A DNA stretch of 64,000 bases from Octopus sinensis (taxonomy: Eukaryota), in assembly GCF_006345805.1 (NCBI RefSeq), contig NC_043006.1, forward strand, positions 5,270,001 to 5,334,000, read 5' to 3'. The translations under genes and the position numbers were made by a program. Under the pieces are notes generated by a model. The model saw nothing but the letters and a program-made list of their open reading frames with translations, ran no database searches and was not told the DNA's origin. Shown here piece by piece: positions 52,960 through 64,000 of this stretch (within the stretch, counting starts at the first letter, position 1; every line of letters begins with the position of its first letter).

Positions 52960-53140
52960 CTTAACGATTCTACAATTTTCTTTCTCCATCTGTTTTCTCT
53001 CCTTATTCCTTTCTGAAGAAGTGCGCAGGGTCGAAACGTCAAAGATTTCGTCCATTTTTTCATGAGTGTCAAATTAATGCATCATGTTTGTTCTTTCCTC
53101 ACCTCTGTCTCTTTTTAATCTATATTTTTGTATCGTTTTT
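52960..53140 (+). mobile_element. PLE terminal-repeat relic with degenerate hammerhead (53009-53044)
   Basis: CTTT-CTGAAGA-AGTGCGCAGGGTC-GAAACGTC-AAAG; flanks resemble the reverse complement of 650-800. Confidence 0.6.
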
Positions 53141-55639
53141 AACACACACACACACACACCACACACACACACACACACACGTTACAATCATATACATGCG
53201 TGCACGTGTCTGTGTGTCTGTGTGCGTGTACATGTCAATTTTCTTTGCACTTGCATGTGCCTGTTCACACTTGATTGTATATTGCACACGCAAATAAACA
53301 AGCAAATATGCGGTTGCATATTTGTATGAGGACATATGTGCAACTACACACACACAGACACACACGCATACGCACACATTTGTATAAGTAGATCATAAGC
53401 ATAACATTTATTCATATCTACACACATAAACACACTACACACACATATTCATATTCATTCGTGCCTGCGCGTACGTGTATATGTGTGTATGTGTGTGTAT
53501 ATGTGTGTATATGTGTGTATGTGTGTGTATGTGTGTGTTTGTGTATGTTTGACCTACTTATTTAACCCTTACAATAATTATTCTTTGCTGTCACATTTCT
53601 ATGACACTCGGACTCTTATCGGGTGGCATTTAAGATCTACCTCAGTCTTAGGATGACATCCTAACGTACCCGAATTCATCAGAGGTAAACATCTAATAAT
53701 ACCGCGGGCAATTTAGCACTAGCAATTCGCTGAAGACAATTCTCTGTGAAAGTTGATCAAATGAGTTCTGTCTCGAAGGGAATAAAAGAAAGCTGAAAAT
53801 AGTTTTTACTTTGTCTATCTAGAGTTCCTGCTAAAAATTGGTCATATTCTACAGAAACTTGGAAGCTCTGAAGAAAACACTAACGTATTTGGCAGAAGAT
53901 TCTCATTCAGCACAACATTTCTATGTTGGATATTTACCCAGAACAATCATCTTAAATAAATAAATGAATAAATGAAAAGAAAGAAGTGGAGATTATGAAC
54001 TGACGATAGCTCTTGATCAATCTAGAAATAATGCTAATATCCCATTCTGAAAAAGAAATTATTTCCAGCTGACGATTCTACAAATAAAAGAATATGTGTT
54101 TTTGAAGTTAAGGTTCTCTGTGAATTATCAAACATAAAACATGAAGTGAACAGAGTCAATTGAAAGGAGTCTCGCGGGAGTGTAGTACTTGAAATATTTT
54201 AGAAGCTGAAGAAGTGGTAATTTTAAGAAAATGGAACGGAGCTAAGCTGGAAGTTATCAATAAAGATATCCTCTATGGAATATGATATTTATTGTTTCTT
54301 AGTTCTAGCTTTGGACCGAAGTGGATTAAAAAAAATGTAATTTTCTGCCAAATTCTAATAAACAATGCCTAACTCATTTCGGTTCTAGTGTTCTTCGTAA
54401 CTAAGTGTTTCTACAATTTATATGAAGTTTAAATTGCTAAAAACCTGAATTTCTAATTACCACATTTGTCTTACTCATACAATACACAATATTTCCATTC
54501 TTTAGTTTTTTTATTTTGTTTTAACCACCACGTATTCTCTAAAGCTTTCTGCAAATAACTTAGTAAATTAAGTAAACATATTAAAGTAAAATCTAAAATT
54601 CCATTCGTTGGTTTTCGTTGTTTCTCCACAAGGCTTATCAAATTGTATGAAATAAGCGTATCTTTTTTTCTATCTGACAGTGTTATCAGAGAGAAATATG
54701 CATTTTAAACTATGGAATATAGTATGCTTTGTATTTCCTTAACACTAAAGATTTAAATATCTGCTTTAAGATTCCTTTTGATTCAGGAAAAGGTTAATAA
54801 CTGTCCCTCGTCTTTGAAGTGGATACACCGGAAGTCATTAATCGACGGATATTCGGGTTACATTACAGATTCTTATGTTGCAACTATAATCAAATCGGGT
54901 ACCTTCAAAAATATCTTCAACCTCCAATCAGTGGTCATAGGGTTGAGGATGGAACACAAAGGAGTATGTAACTATATTATGAAAAGGGCAGTGGATACAT
55001 CACTATGGCTTACAGACAATCTTATGAAAATTCAGAACCGAAAACAGGAAACATCAATCAAATCAATAATTTTAGTGAAGAGTTCCCTGATATGAAGGAC
55101 TCGTCAAAAGGGAACAATCGTTCGGTAGGTACTCTCAGATTATGCTATCTATAAGTGAATCAAAGAGGGTGCTGTTATATGGTCACTTGACCTGTTGGAA
55201 AGAGAAGCCAAATTTATTTCAAATCAAGTCATACAGTCATAAAACGGTGATGTCATATTGAATAATGTAGATTACATCTCAAAAATAAAAGACGGGTTTT
55301 ACGGCTTCTGAAATATCTGGGGATAAACAGCAATGATTAGAAACAATAATTCTCACATCATGGATCCCGTGTATCCATAATGAGACATAACCTGTTCTTA
55401 GATGCCAGCCGTGTCAGATTCAGAGAATGCAGAGCACTGGAGTATGACCTGGTGAGCTTCAGATAATGCCGTATGGTGATTGGGTAGAGGACGTAGATGT
55501 TAACCCTTAATTAAGCACATATGCCACAAAATCATTAATGAATATTTCATTACTAAGTCCTTTTACTTGCTTGATATGCAAGATGAGAAAATAGCTGCGG
55601 TCTTCACAGCATCACCTGCAGTGGAATTGACACTGTTAT

Positions 55640-55960
55640 CATTACGTTTAAATTGCTGCAACTTTAACACTGCAGTGACCTGATATTAGCAGGGTGGGAG
55701 TTCCAGGTGGAGTGACATCCCAAGGAGGGACGAAAGGGCATAGTGGTTAGTGCAGGGTTGGGGTTTGGATACAACAAAAGTTGTAAGAGAAAAAGAGATG
55801 AAGGCTCGAGATTACAAGAGAAAGGATGAAACGGGTCTTAGACGGCTCTTAGAGGCAAAGGTTATTGTTGTCACGGCGGAAAAGTCAAAGAGAAGTCAGG
55901 ACATTTTAGTCCTGAAACTGGAGCGTGTCTGTGAGTGAATTTACTGAAATCAATTAAGTC
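55640..55960 (-). mobile_element. old CR1/Jockey-group LINE 3' relic
   Basis: Minus strand gives TNHYALSSL../WNSHPA, resembling the terminal RT..Y..SF....WNSLP motif. Confidence 0.4.
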
Positions 55961-56069
55961 GCCTTTCACTTCATGCGGCTTGGTGAAGGACATGTGTAGA
56001 TAATATTCTTCTCTATGGAAACGAAAGCAGTTCTACGTGGAAGAGCCTGAATCAAGATTACTCCTCAGG

Positions 56070-56418
56070 TACGAGGTTGTGCTGAAATATTCATAGGCTG
56101 ACCATGAAAGACTGATGCTAGAGCTACGAAATCTTGCATGCGTTAATTTTAGCCTTTTGTAGTTGTAACTACTTTTGTTTCTTTCCAGGTAAACTGGCGT
56201 CCAACTGTTCAAAGAAGACTTCAAAAAATAACGAGTTGTGACTTCTCCTGAAAATGGACAAAATTTGGTGTCGTGATGTCATCAAATACCTGCAGAAAAA
56301 TGGTTTAATCCCCAAAGACATGACATTCATTGCTGACACGGTTCCTACATTAGGGAATGACGTTTCAACTTTATCAACAGTGCAAGAGGTGGGAAGATTA
56401 ATTTAGGAGAGGGAGGGA
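56070..56418 (+). mobile_element. mariner (irritans-like) 5' fragment
   Basis: TACGAGGTTGTGCTGAAATATTC TIR-like start; MDKIWCRDVIKYLQKNG..LSTVQ..FRRGR. Confidence 0.7.
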
Positions 56419-57359
56419 CAGAGAGTGAGAGAGGGAGAGAAAACGAAAGGAAAAAGAGAAAGAGAGAGAAAAAGAGGGAGGGAGAGAGAAGAGAATGAAA
56501 GAGAGAGAAAAAAGAGGGAGGGAGAGAGAGAGAAAACAACGTGGTTGGTGTGAGAAGCGATGTGATACAGGAGTTCCCCAAAGAGAGAAAGAGAGAGAGG
56601 GGGAGGGAGCGGGAAGAGAAGGGTGTTTGGTTTTTCCCCTTTCACTCTGTGAGGTTGGTAAACTTAGACATTTACAGGGGTCGATTCGATTGACTGAATC
56701 CCTACAAATTCCGGTCCTTCGTACAAAGGCTAGAAATCCTTGAAGTTCCTCACAGCAGAGATTCTTGTTGTCCCCGCAGTCTTGGGTGGTTTCAGTTTTA
56801 CTTAATATTTCGAACTCCGTTTCGGTTTCCAACCACTTGGTACTAACCTCCTCTGATTTAATTCTCTTACAGTTCATGTGAACGATTTCCCAACAGGACA
56901 TTTTAGACCCCATCAACTGATAATGACTCCCATTACAATATAACCCTGTTTCGATATTGTCTTTTCTGCTTCAAAACTAAAGACATTTGATAGGGAACAT
57001 TGAAGGAACCTATCATATCTTTATCACAATTGCCAATTTCAAACAAGTATCTTATCTCTTTAAGAAAGCTGCGTAACTACTTAAAAATGGTAAAATATTT
57101 CTATAAGTATTTGATACCGAACACAAAGAAATAAAAAGAGATTCTTTATTACAGTCTTCTTTGGTGAGATTAATATTTTGATCCCCAAAAGGATTTATAT
57201 TTCATAGTATTTCACTTTCTCAGACTCTTCGCCTCTTTTACTGATTTTGTGATTTTCAAAATATCTCTTTTCTCAGACTTTCTTCATAACCCGAAAAACG
57301 CATGAATCAACTAAAAAACAAAAATCACATATTCATGTGTGTGTGTGTGTTTTTTTAAA

Positions 57360-57767
57360 TCTTTTATCTTTTACTTGTTTCAGTCATTAGACTGCGGCCA
57401 TGCTGGGGCACCGCCTTGAAGAATTTTTAGTCGAATACATCAATCTCAGTGCTTAATTTTTTTAAAAGCTGGTGCTTATTCTATCCGACTGTTTTCTTGA
57501 ACCGCTAAGTTACAGGGACGTAAACACAGCAACATCTGTTGTCAAGCGGGAGTGGGAAAATCTACACAAACACACACACACACATATATATACACACACA
57601 CACACAACGGTCTTCTTTTAGATTCCGTCTACCAGATTCACTGACAAAGCTTTGGTTTGCCCGCGGCTATAGTAAAAGACTCTTGGCCAAGGTGCCAAGC
57701 AGTAGGACTGAACTCCGAACTGTGTGGTTGGGAAGCAAGCCTCTTACCACTAAGCTACACCTGCGCC
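57360..57767 (-). mobile_element. SINE family C, diverged
   Basis: Reverse-complement match to family C. Confidence 0.82.
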
Positions 57768-57796
57768 TCTGTGTGTGTTTGTATGTGTGTGTGTGT

Positions 57797-58035
57797 GAAG
57801 GCGCGTGACGTAATGGTTAGGAGTGTATGTTCACGGTCGTAAGATCGTGATTTCGACCCTTACACCGGCTGTATCGTGTGTTCTTGAGCAGAACACTTCA
57901 TTTCATGTTACTCCAGTTCACTTAGCAAAATATGGGTAACCTTGCGATGGCCAATTTTTCCGATCCGGGGAATGTTGACATTCAAAAGCTAAACCGATGT
58001 CAAGTGTATTGTGACCAGCGATGTATAATAACATC

Positions 58036-58038
<3 letters not shown>
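57797..58038 (+). mobile_element. diverged tRNA-derived SINE related to 20066-20382
   Basis: tRNA-like head; tail TGTGACCAGCGATGTATAATAACATC. Confidence 0.65.
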
Positions 58039-58106
<68 letters not shown>

Positions 58107-58429
58107 CTTATTATTTGCTTGCTAAACTAAAATCAGAAACCAATTGCTGTAGGAAACTTGATAGTAAAATGTTTTTATTTTTCATTTCGTTCCTGTCGAA
58201 TTTTATCCCTAATTTTTGTGGTTATAGAACCTAGCTGTTCTTTCTAGCGTGTTGAATTCCACGAGCGGGTTCCTTATGTGTTTAATGTACACTGTATATA
58301 CATATATATATATATACGCTATCTGTGTTAAGTCTAACTTAGGAAAATTCAAAACATCTTTCCATCAAAGCGAAGTATGATTACTAAGACAAAAATCATT
58401 AAGATATATATACGGTTAATATGAAGTCA

Positions 58430-58575
58430 TAAGTTCTGAGTTCCATTTCCGCTGAGGTCGACTTTGCCTTTCCTCCCTTCAGAGATCGATAAAAAAAGTC
58501 CCAGTACTGGGGTCGATGTAATTGACTTACGCCCTCCCTCGAAATTGCTGGCCTTGTGCCAAAAGAATTGAACCC
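58430..58575 (+). mobile_element. SINE family B fragment
   Basis: GAGGTCGACTTTGCCTTTC core. Confidence 0.75.
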
Positions 58576-58619
58576 AATATAAAGACACACGTTGTGATTA
58601 GAAGATAGCGATTTCTAAA

Positions 58620-59040
58620 GGAAGGATGAGACAATAGTTTTTGTAACTTTCATGCCTTTTCTAAAAGTTTTTACGATGTAAATTTTTTTAAAAAATGCTC
58701 TTGAAATTGAAACTGGTTTGCAACATCAGTTTCGCGCATGCTTCGTAATTGGAATATACACAAGTAAGTTAGAAAGGGAGCTATGTGGTTAACCTAATGG
58801 TTACCCTACCCTTTTGTTTTAAGGATACTAATTATGGCCTTACCATTCTCAGTTGTTCTTATTTCTTCCGGACTCTCTTAACTCCAGTTTAACAAGAGCA
58901 CTGAAACCATGAGGTTTCCAGACATGAGTTCTACTCACGTGCCAAGTTTCATCAAAATCGATAAAACCATGTAGGATGAGTTAGCTAACAACTCCACAAA
59001 CGCACAGACAGACAGAATTCCCCACTTATGTAGTAGATAT
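58620..59040 (-). mobile_element. Helitron-like non-autonomous element fragment
   Basis: GCCAAGTTTCATCAAAATCG..(CAGA)n..TAGTAGAT; the minus strand starts A|TC. Confidence 0.45.
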
Positions 59041-59274
59041 ATTTTATATTTATTTATATATATATATGTATATAAATTAGACAAAACTTAGATATGTTTC
59101 GACCAAAGATGGTCCAGGCCATGTCTAACTATTAAGTTAGACATGGCCTGGACCAATCTTTGGTCGAAACATATCTAAGTTTTGTCTAATTTATATACAT
59201 ATATATATATAAATAAATATAAAATATATCTACTACATAAGTGGGGAATTCTGTCTGTCTGTGCGTTTGTGGAG
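58992..59274. repeat. near-perfect palindrome, ~140-bp arms with a 4-nt loop
   Basis: 58992-59130 versus 59135-59274 differ by two single-base indels. Confidence 0.95.
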
Positions 59275-62200
59275 ATAGGATTTGCTGAATCCTTTTTAAG
59301 TCAAGTTTTGTGGTGTCATGGTCCATTCAAGTAGTGAGTTCTTCTTGAGTGAGTTCTATCCAGGTATGAGTGGCTTATTTGGTATTCCTTGGAGAAATTT
59401 GTCCAGACTCCGTTTAAAGGTGGTGGGATCCTTTTTCTTTTTGATCAGTTTTGGGACAATGTTAAACAGGGTAGGGCCTGATGAGGAAAAGAAATTGTGT
59501 TACAGTGTACGTATATGCTGTGATCCTGAATTGGACAGGGGACGTATGGCCCGTGGTCCCAGCCTTGGATGAACCTTGAAACTAATGTTCAGGTCGTTTG
59601 GGCAATACTGGCGGTATATTCACCACATCGTGCAGATGATGTACCGCTCACGGCGGTACTGGAGAGAATAGGCTTTAAGGCGATCCCAATAATCGAGATT
59701 AGTCATGCCTTCAATTCGTTTAGTGAGTGCCCTCCGGAGTGATTCAATTTTCGAAATGTTTTGTTTTGTATGGGGAGACCGCAGGGGGCAACAGTATTCG
59801 AGGTGTGGCCGAACAAAGGAGGAGAAAAGTGGTATGATGACACCTTGTTCTCTGGACCGGAAGGTTCTTAAGATCCAGGAGCTCATCCTACGAGCTATAT
59901 CGACCTTATTGTTGACGTGGGCACTTCAACTGAGATTGTTATCAACAATTACACCTAGGTCTCTGATAATATTAGATGCTGTGAGCGGTTCCCCTGAAGG
60001 AAGAGAGTATGGCTGTTTTAGTATAGACTTTCTTCCAAAATGCATCAGCTCAAATTTTCCCTCGTTTAGTTGCATTTTGTTTTCGTCAGCCCACTGACTC
60101 ACCGCATATAGATCAGACCGGAGTTGAGTTCGGTCTTCTTCTTCATTGATGATTTGCTGGAGTTTATTGTCATCAGCAAATATTTTCACTTTGCAGTGAT
60201 TTACGACGCTGGAAACGTCGTTTATGTAGATTATAAAGAGGAGCGGGCCCAAGACAGTCCCCCGAGGGACACCACTGGAGACGTTAGCTGGGCTTGAGTG
60301 GACTCCATCGACCACAACATGTTGTGTTCTATTCACCAGGAAATACTCAATTTAGTGTAGAACTTTTCCACGGATTCCAACATTTGCCAATTTTGAGAGT
60401 AAGATACTATGGCCAACCCTGTCGAACGCTTTACTGAAGTCAAGATATATGACATAGGAGTTCGAACCTGTTCCCAAGGCTTTAAGTATATCCTCAATGT
60501 GGTGTAAGTTAGACAGTCCCTGCCACAGCGAAAGCCATGCTGATTTGCATTTAGGAGTTTGTGGGTCTCCAGGAAATCAGCTATCCTTGATCTTAGAACT
60601 CTTTCAAACACTTTAATGATGTGGGAGGTGAGTGAGATTGGGCGATAGTTGACTGCGAGGGATCTGTTTCCCTGTTTGAAAACCGGGATGACTGACTGGG
60701 ATAGAAACTGTTTCGGTATATAACCTGCGTCTAACGAATTTCTCCAGAGGTTGGTCAGACGGACTGCAAGTTGGTGTCTACATTCCTTCAGGGGACTAGC
60801 GGGGAATCTATCAAGGCCTACAGCAGAGTAGTATTTGACCTCATTTATTGCTGCTATGATGTCAGTGGCAGTGAAGGTTATGTCTGAGATTTTGTGTTGG
60901 GAGTCAACTTCGTTCGTTTCCCTTACGTCAATATCAGTGGGAACACTAAAGACAGAGCAGTATTGTTTCTGAAGTATTTCTGCCATTTCTTTAGCATCGT
61001 GTTGGGGAATGCCGTTATCATCGATCAATGGCCAGATGGGTGAGACAGTGGTTCTATGCTTATTTGCATAAGAATAGAACACTTTTGGGTACGGTTTGAT
61101 GTTTTTGATTACCCACTATTCCTCTGCAGCTTTTGGATTTTCAATGGAGGTTTTCATGTCGTTCTGCAGATGAAGTGTTTCCAACTCCAGCTTTTCATTG
61201 TTGTTGAATATGGATGTTGTATATGGGAATATTTTAATTGGTTGATTTTTTTTATTGAGTCTTTTGATGCGCCTGGTGGGTGTTTTTTTTCTTTCTAGGG
61301 AGTCGGTTTCTGTTTGTGTTGGGGGAAGTTTATGTTGTCAAATAAGTGCCGTGGAATGAGATTGGCTGGTTTGGTTTTGATACGCCGGGAATTAAAATTG
61401 CAGAGTACCATGTCGTGGTCTGAGAGGAGAGTTTTTTCAATTGAAATACTGTGAACGGAGCTAGAGTGGTTGGTTAATATTAGATCCAAGATAATTTTTT
61501 TCTGCCTTGTTGGTTCGAGCACTAGCTGAGTCAGGAAGAATTTATCCATTAGATCAAAGAGTAATTCTGCTGCTGCTTTATTTGATGTAGGGCATTTGCC
61601 TAACTTCAGAGTATTTGTGGGCCAGTTTATATGAGGGAGGTTAAAATCACCCACCACTACTATGTTTATGGAGTTGTATTTTTGAAGGAAGGACTTGGTT
61701 GAGTCAGTCTTCAAAGCATTTTAGAAGTGCTTGGGGAGGCCTGTAAAGACCAACAAGGATTATGTCTTTGGCCTTGTTGAATAGTGATATAGATTCACAA
61801 TAGCCATTGGAAAATATGTCCTTGGCATCAAGTGAAAAGGAGTCATGGAGAAAGATGGCTGTCCCCACTTTATGTCGGTCTGTGCCATCTGCACGGATGA
61901 TGGGGAAATCTTTTATTTTCACCTCGGCATCCATATGTGTGCTGTTTAGGTAAGTTTCAGTAAGGATAAAGAAAGGGAAGCCATGTGTCGTTTCGGCAAG
62001 CCAACTCTCTATGTATGGGATCTTCCATTTTTGGGCAATGAGTGATGGGTTGATGCCACGTACATTTAACAGGAATGTCGAGGTCAGGGAAGTTTGATGC
62101 TTGCATTGTTTTAAGAGCTCAGTGTTAAGTTTTATGTTGTTCAGTGGTAGCAATGAGGGTAGTTCTTGTATAGGGCTGTGTGTGTGATTTCCTAGTTGGT

Positions 62201-62697
62201 GGTGGGTGGGTGTTCCTTGTGTTTTGCATAAATGGTTGCTGATAGCTCTTTGGATCTTAGGTCAGCCTTCATATTTTCTAGATAAGTTTGTAAAAAAGAG
62301 TTGCCTCTTTGGTTTGCCACTTGGTCAGAGGATACATAGTTCATGTTTATATTATTTGGTGTTATGATTTTCCCATAATTCTGTCTTCGTTGTTTGGTTG
62401 TAGGAGGTGAAATGTGGTTGTATTTTGTTTTTGTTGTTGTTGTAGGTCTCCTCTGTTGCTGTTTATATTTATTTTGCGATCGTTTTGTGACCTTCAGGTG
62501 GTGGTGGTTGCATTCTGGGTTCAAGCACATCCTTAGTGTCGCAGAAGTTTGGCACAGTTTAGGATGGAAGAAGGTGCATCCAGTGCCTTTTGTGCATCCA
62601 AATTTAGGATCAGGGCCATGAACTCTGTATTTAGGACAGTATTTGGGGTGGAGGTGAGGGCAGTTTTTTCCTGTTATACCATATGGACAGGTGCCCT
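59275..62697 (-). mobile_element. CR1-group LINE, decayed: CCCH-finger ORF1 end, APE endonuclease and RT
   Basis: LNVRGI, ILTETYL, LYRPP, VGDFNLP, LDLILT and SDHD (APE); NYRPISLTS, GVPRGTVLGP, FADD, RDLGV and VRPHLEYC (RT). Confidence 0.93.
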
Positions 62698-62736
62698 TAA
62701 CAAGTATATATATATGTATATATACATGATTCTTTA

Positions 62737-62982
62737 TATTTTTTTACTTCTTTCAGTCATTTTATTGAGTCCCCGCCTTAAAGAGTTTTAGTCGAACAAA
62801 TGCAAGAATGGAGTTATTATATTTTAAAGCCTAGTACTTATTCTAACGCTCTCTTTTGTAGAACCGGTATGCTACAAGGGCGTAAACACGCCAACATCGG
62901 TTGTGAAGTGGCGTGGGGGACAAACGCAGACACAAACACACACACACACACAATATATATATATACAACGGGCTTCTTTCAT
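62737..62982 (-). mobile_element. SINE family C fragment
   Basis: Reverse-complement match to the 3' half of family C. Confidence 0.75.
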
Positions 62983-63044
62983 TGTATTGGTAAGAGCAGC
63001 CGTGATGGATATTTAATACCATACATTTCGGATAGTGTGTGTGG

Positions 63045-63126
<82 letters not shown>

Positions 63127-63254
63127 TATATAATATATATATATATCTATATATATATATATATATATATATATCTGTATGTATGTATGTATGTATGTAT
63201 GTATGTATGTATGTATGTATGTATGTATGTATGTATGTATGTATGTATGTACAA

Positions 63255-63530
63255 CTCACACGACTCAGGTATATTTCGGCCAAAGATGAGTCCATGCCAT
63301 GCCTAAGTTAATAGTATGGCCTGTTTAGTCATTTCAAAAAGAAGTTTTGTTGTTTAATGGCCAATTCAAATAGACAGTTATTATTGTCTGAGATGTATCC
63401 AGGTATGAGTGGCTTGTCCACCAATTCTTTGAACAAATTCGTCCAGGTTACGTTTGAAGGTGAATGGGGTTTTTCTCTTTGATTTATTTTGAGAAAATGT
63501 TTAAAAAAATTGTGTTCCACTTTGGATTTT
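63255..63530 (-). mobile_element. 3' fragment of a LINE related to 59275-62697
   Basis: TATCCAGGTATGAGTGGCTT is shared with 59357-59376, and TTTCGGCCAAAGATG with 59097-59111. Confidence 0.7.
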
Positions 63531-63774
63531 ATTCTATGTAAAACTGAAAGAATTGTTTTCATAGAGTAGATTTTTTTTATTTGGAAATGAAATAAAAGTG
63601 TAGATCTTTATTTAGAAACCAACAGTCAAGTTTTCCAAAGGTAGTTAAATATGCATACGCTGAATACCGGGACTGAGCTAAATTCTTTCAGCCTCCACGA
63701 AATTGTACAGTCGTATGTCTATGTTAAAAAAACATGTTTTAGTTTAATTACACAAGTAATAAATATATAAATAA

Positions 63775-64000
63775 ACTGGCACTATAGCCCAGAGTTGCTC
63801 GAGTTTTTTTTTTTTTTTTTTTGTTTTCGACCCTTTAGAATTGGAATTTTTGAAAAGTAATAATTTTGCATTATGTAGCTTGTTATTTTCTTTAAGTGAA
63901 CATTTTTCTGGTTGAAATACACCGAGAAATGGCGACACAGCAGTCAAAATATCTTTAAAAAATAAGGATTTTCAGAGGAAAAAAGCACCTTTTTGATGTA
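63775..64000 (-). mobile_element. Helitron-like element 3' end
   Basis: ACTGGCACTATAGCCCAGAGTTGCTCGAG reads as a CTAG-like terminus with a subterminal hairpin on the minus strand. Confidence 0.45.

Noticed and set aside
53560-55620. Long stretch without obvious repeats, including ORF 54778-55095
   Set aside because: No recognisable protein or RNA motif; cannot distinguish unique intron from ancient repeat without a search.

Overview
This is an AT-rich, repeat-saturated eukaryotic window with no recognisable host gene, rRNA, true tRNA or CRISPR array. The SINE families and the density of (TA)n/(TATG)n/(TAGA)n tracts suggest an octopus (coleoid cephalopod) intron or intergenic region; this is an inference. 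Most ORFs in the supplied track are translated microsatellites or SINEs. The real content is three tRNA-derived SINE families (about 25 copies), decayed LINEs (two R4/Dong-like RT+RLE, RTE, HERO-like, and a CR1-group element with a CCCH ORF1), and Tc1/mariner, hAT and Helitron-like relics. It also holds several Penelope-like element (PLE) relics and a ~0.9 kb local duplication. The most notable hidden signal is roughly 15 type-I hammerhead-ribozyme motifs, intact or degenerate, from several sequence families. They sit in short PLE-derived inserts, many of which abut (TA)n-type microsatellites, and several show tail-to-tail inverted duplications, including a 215-bp perfect inverted repeat with a hammerhead on each strand. 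All coordinates and alignments were made by eye, so repeat boundaries are approximate.
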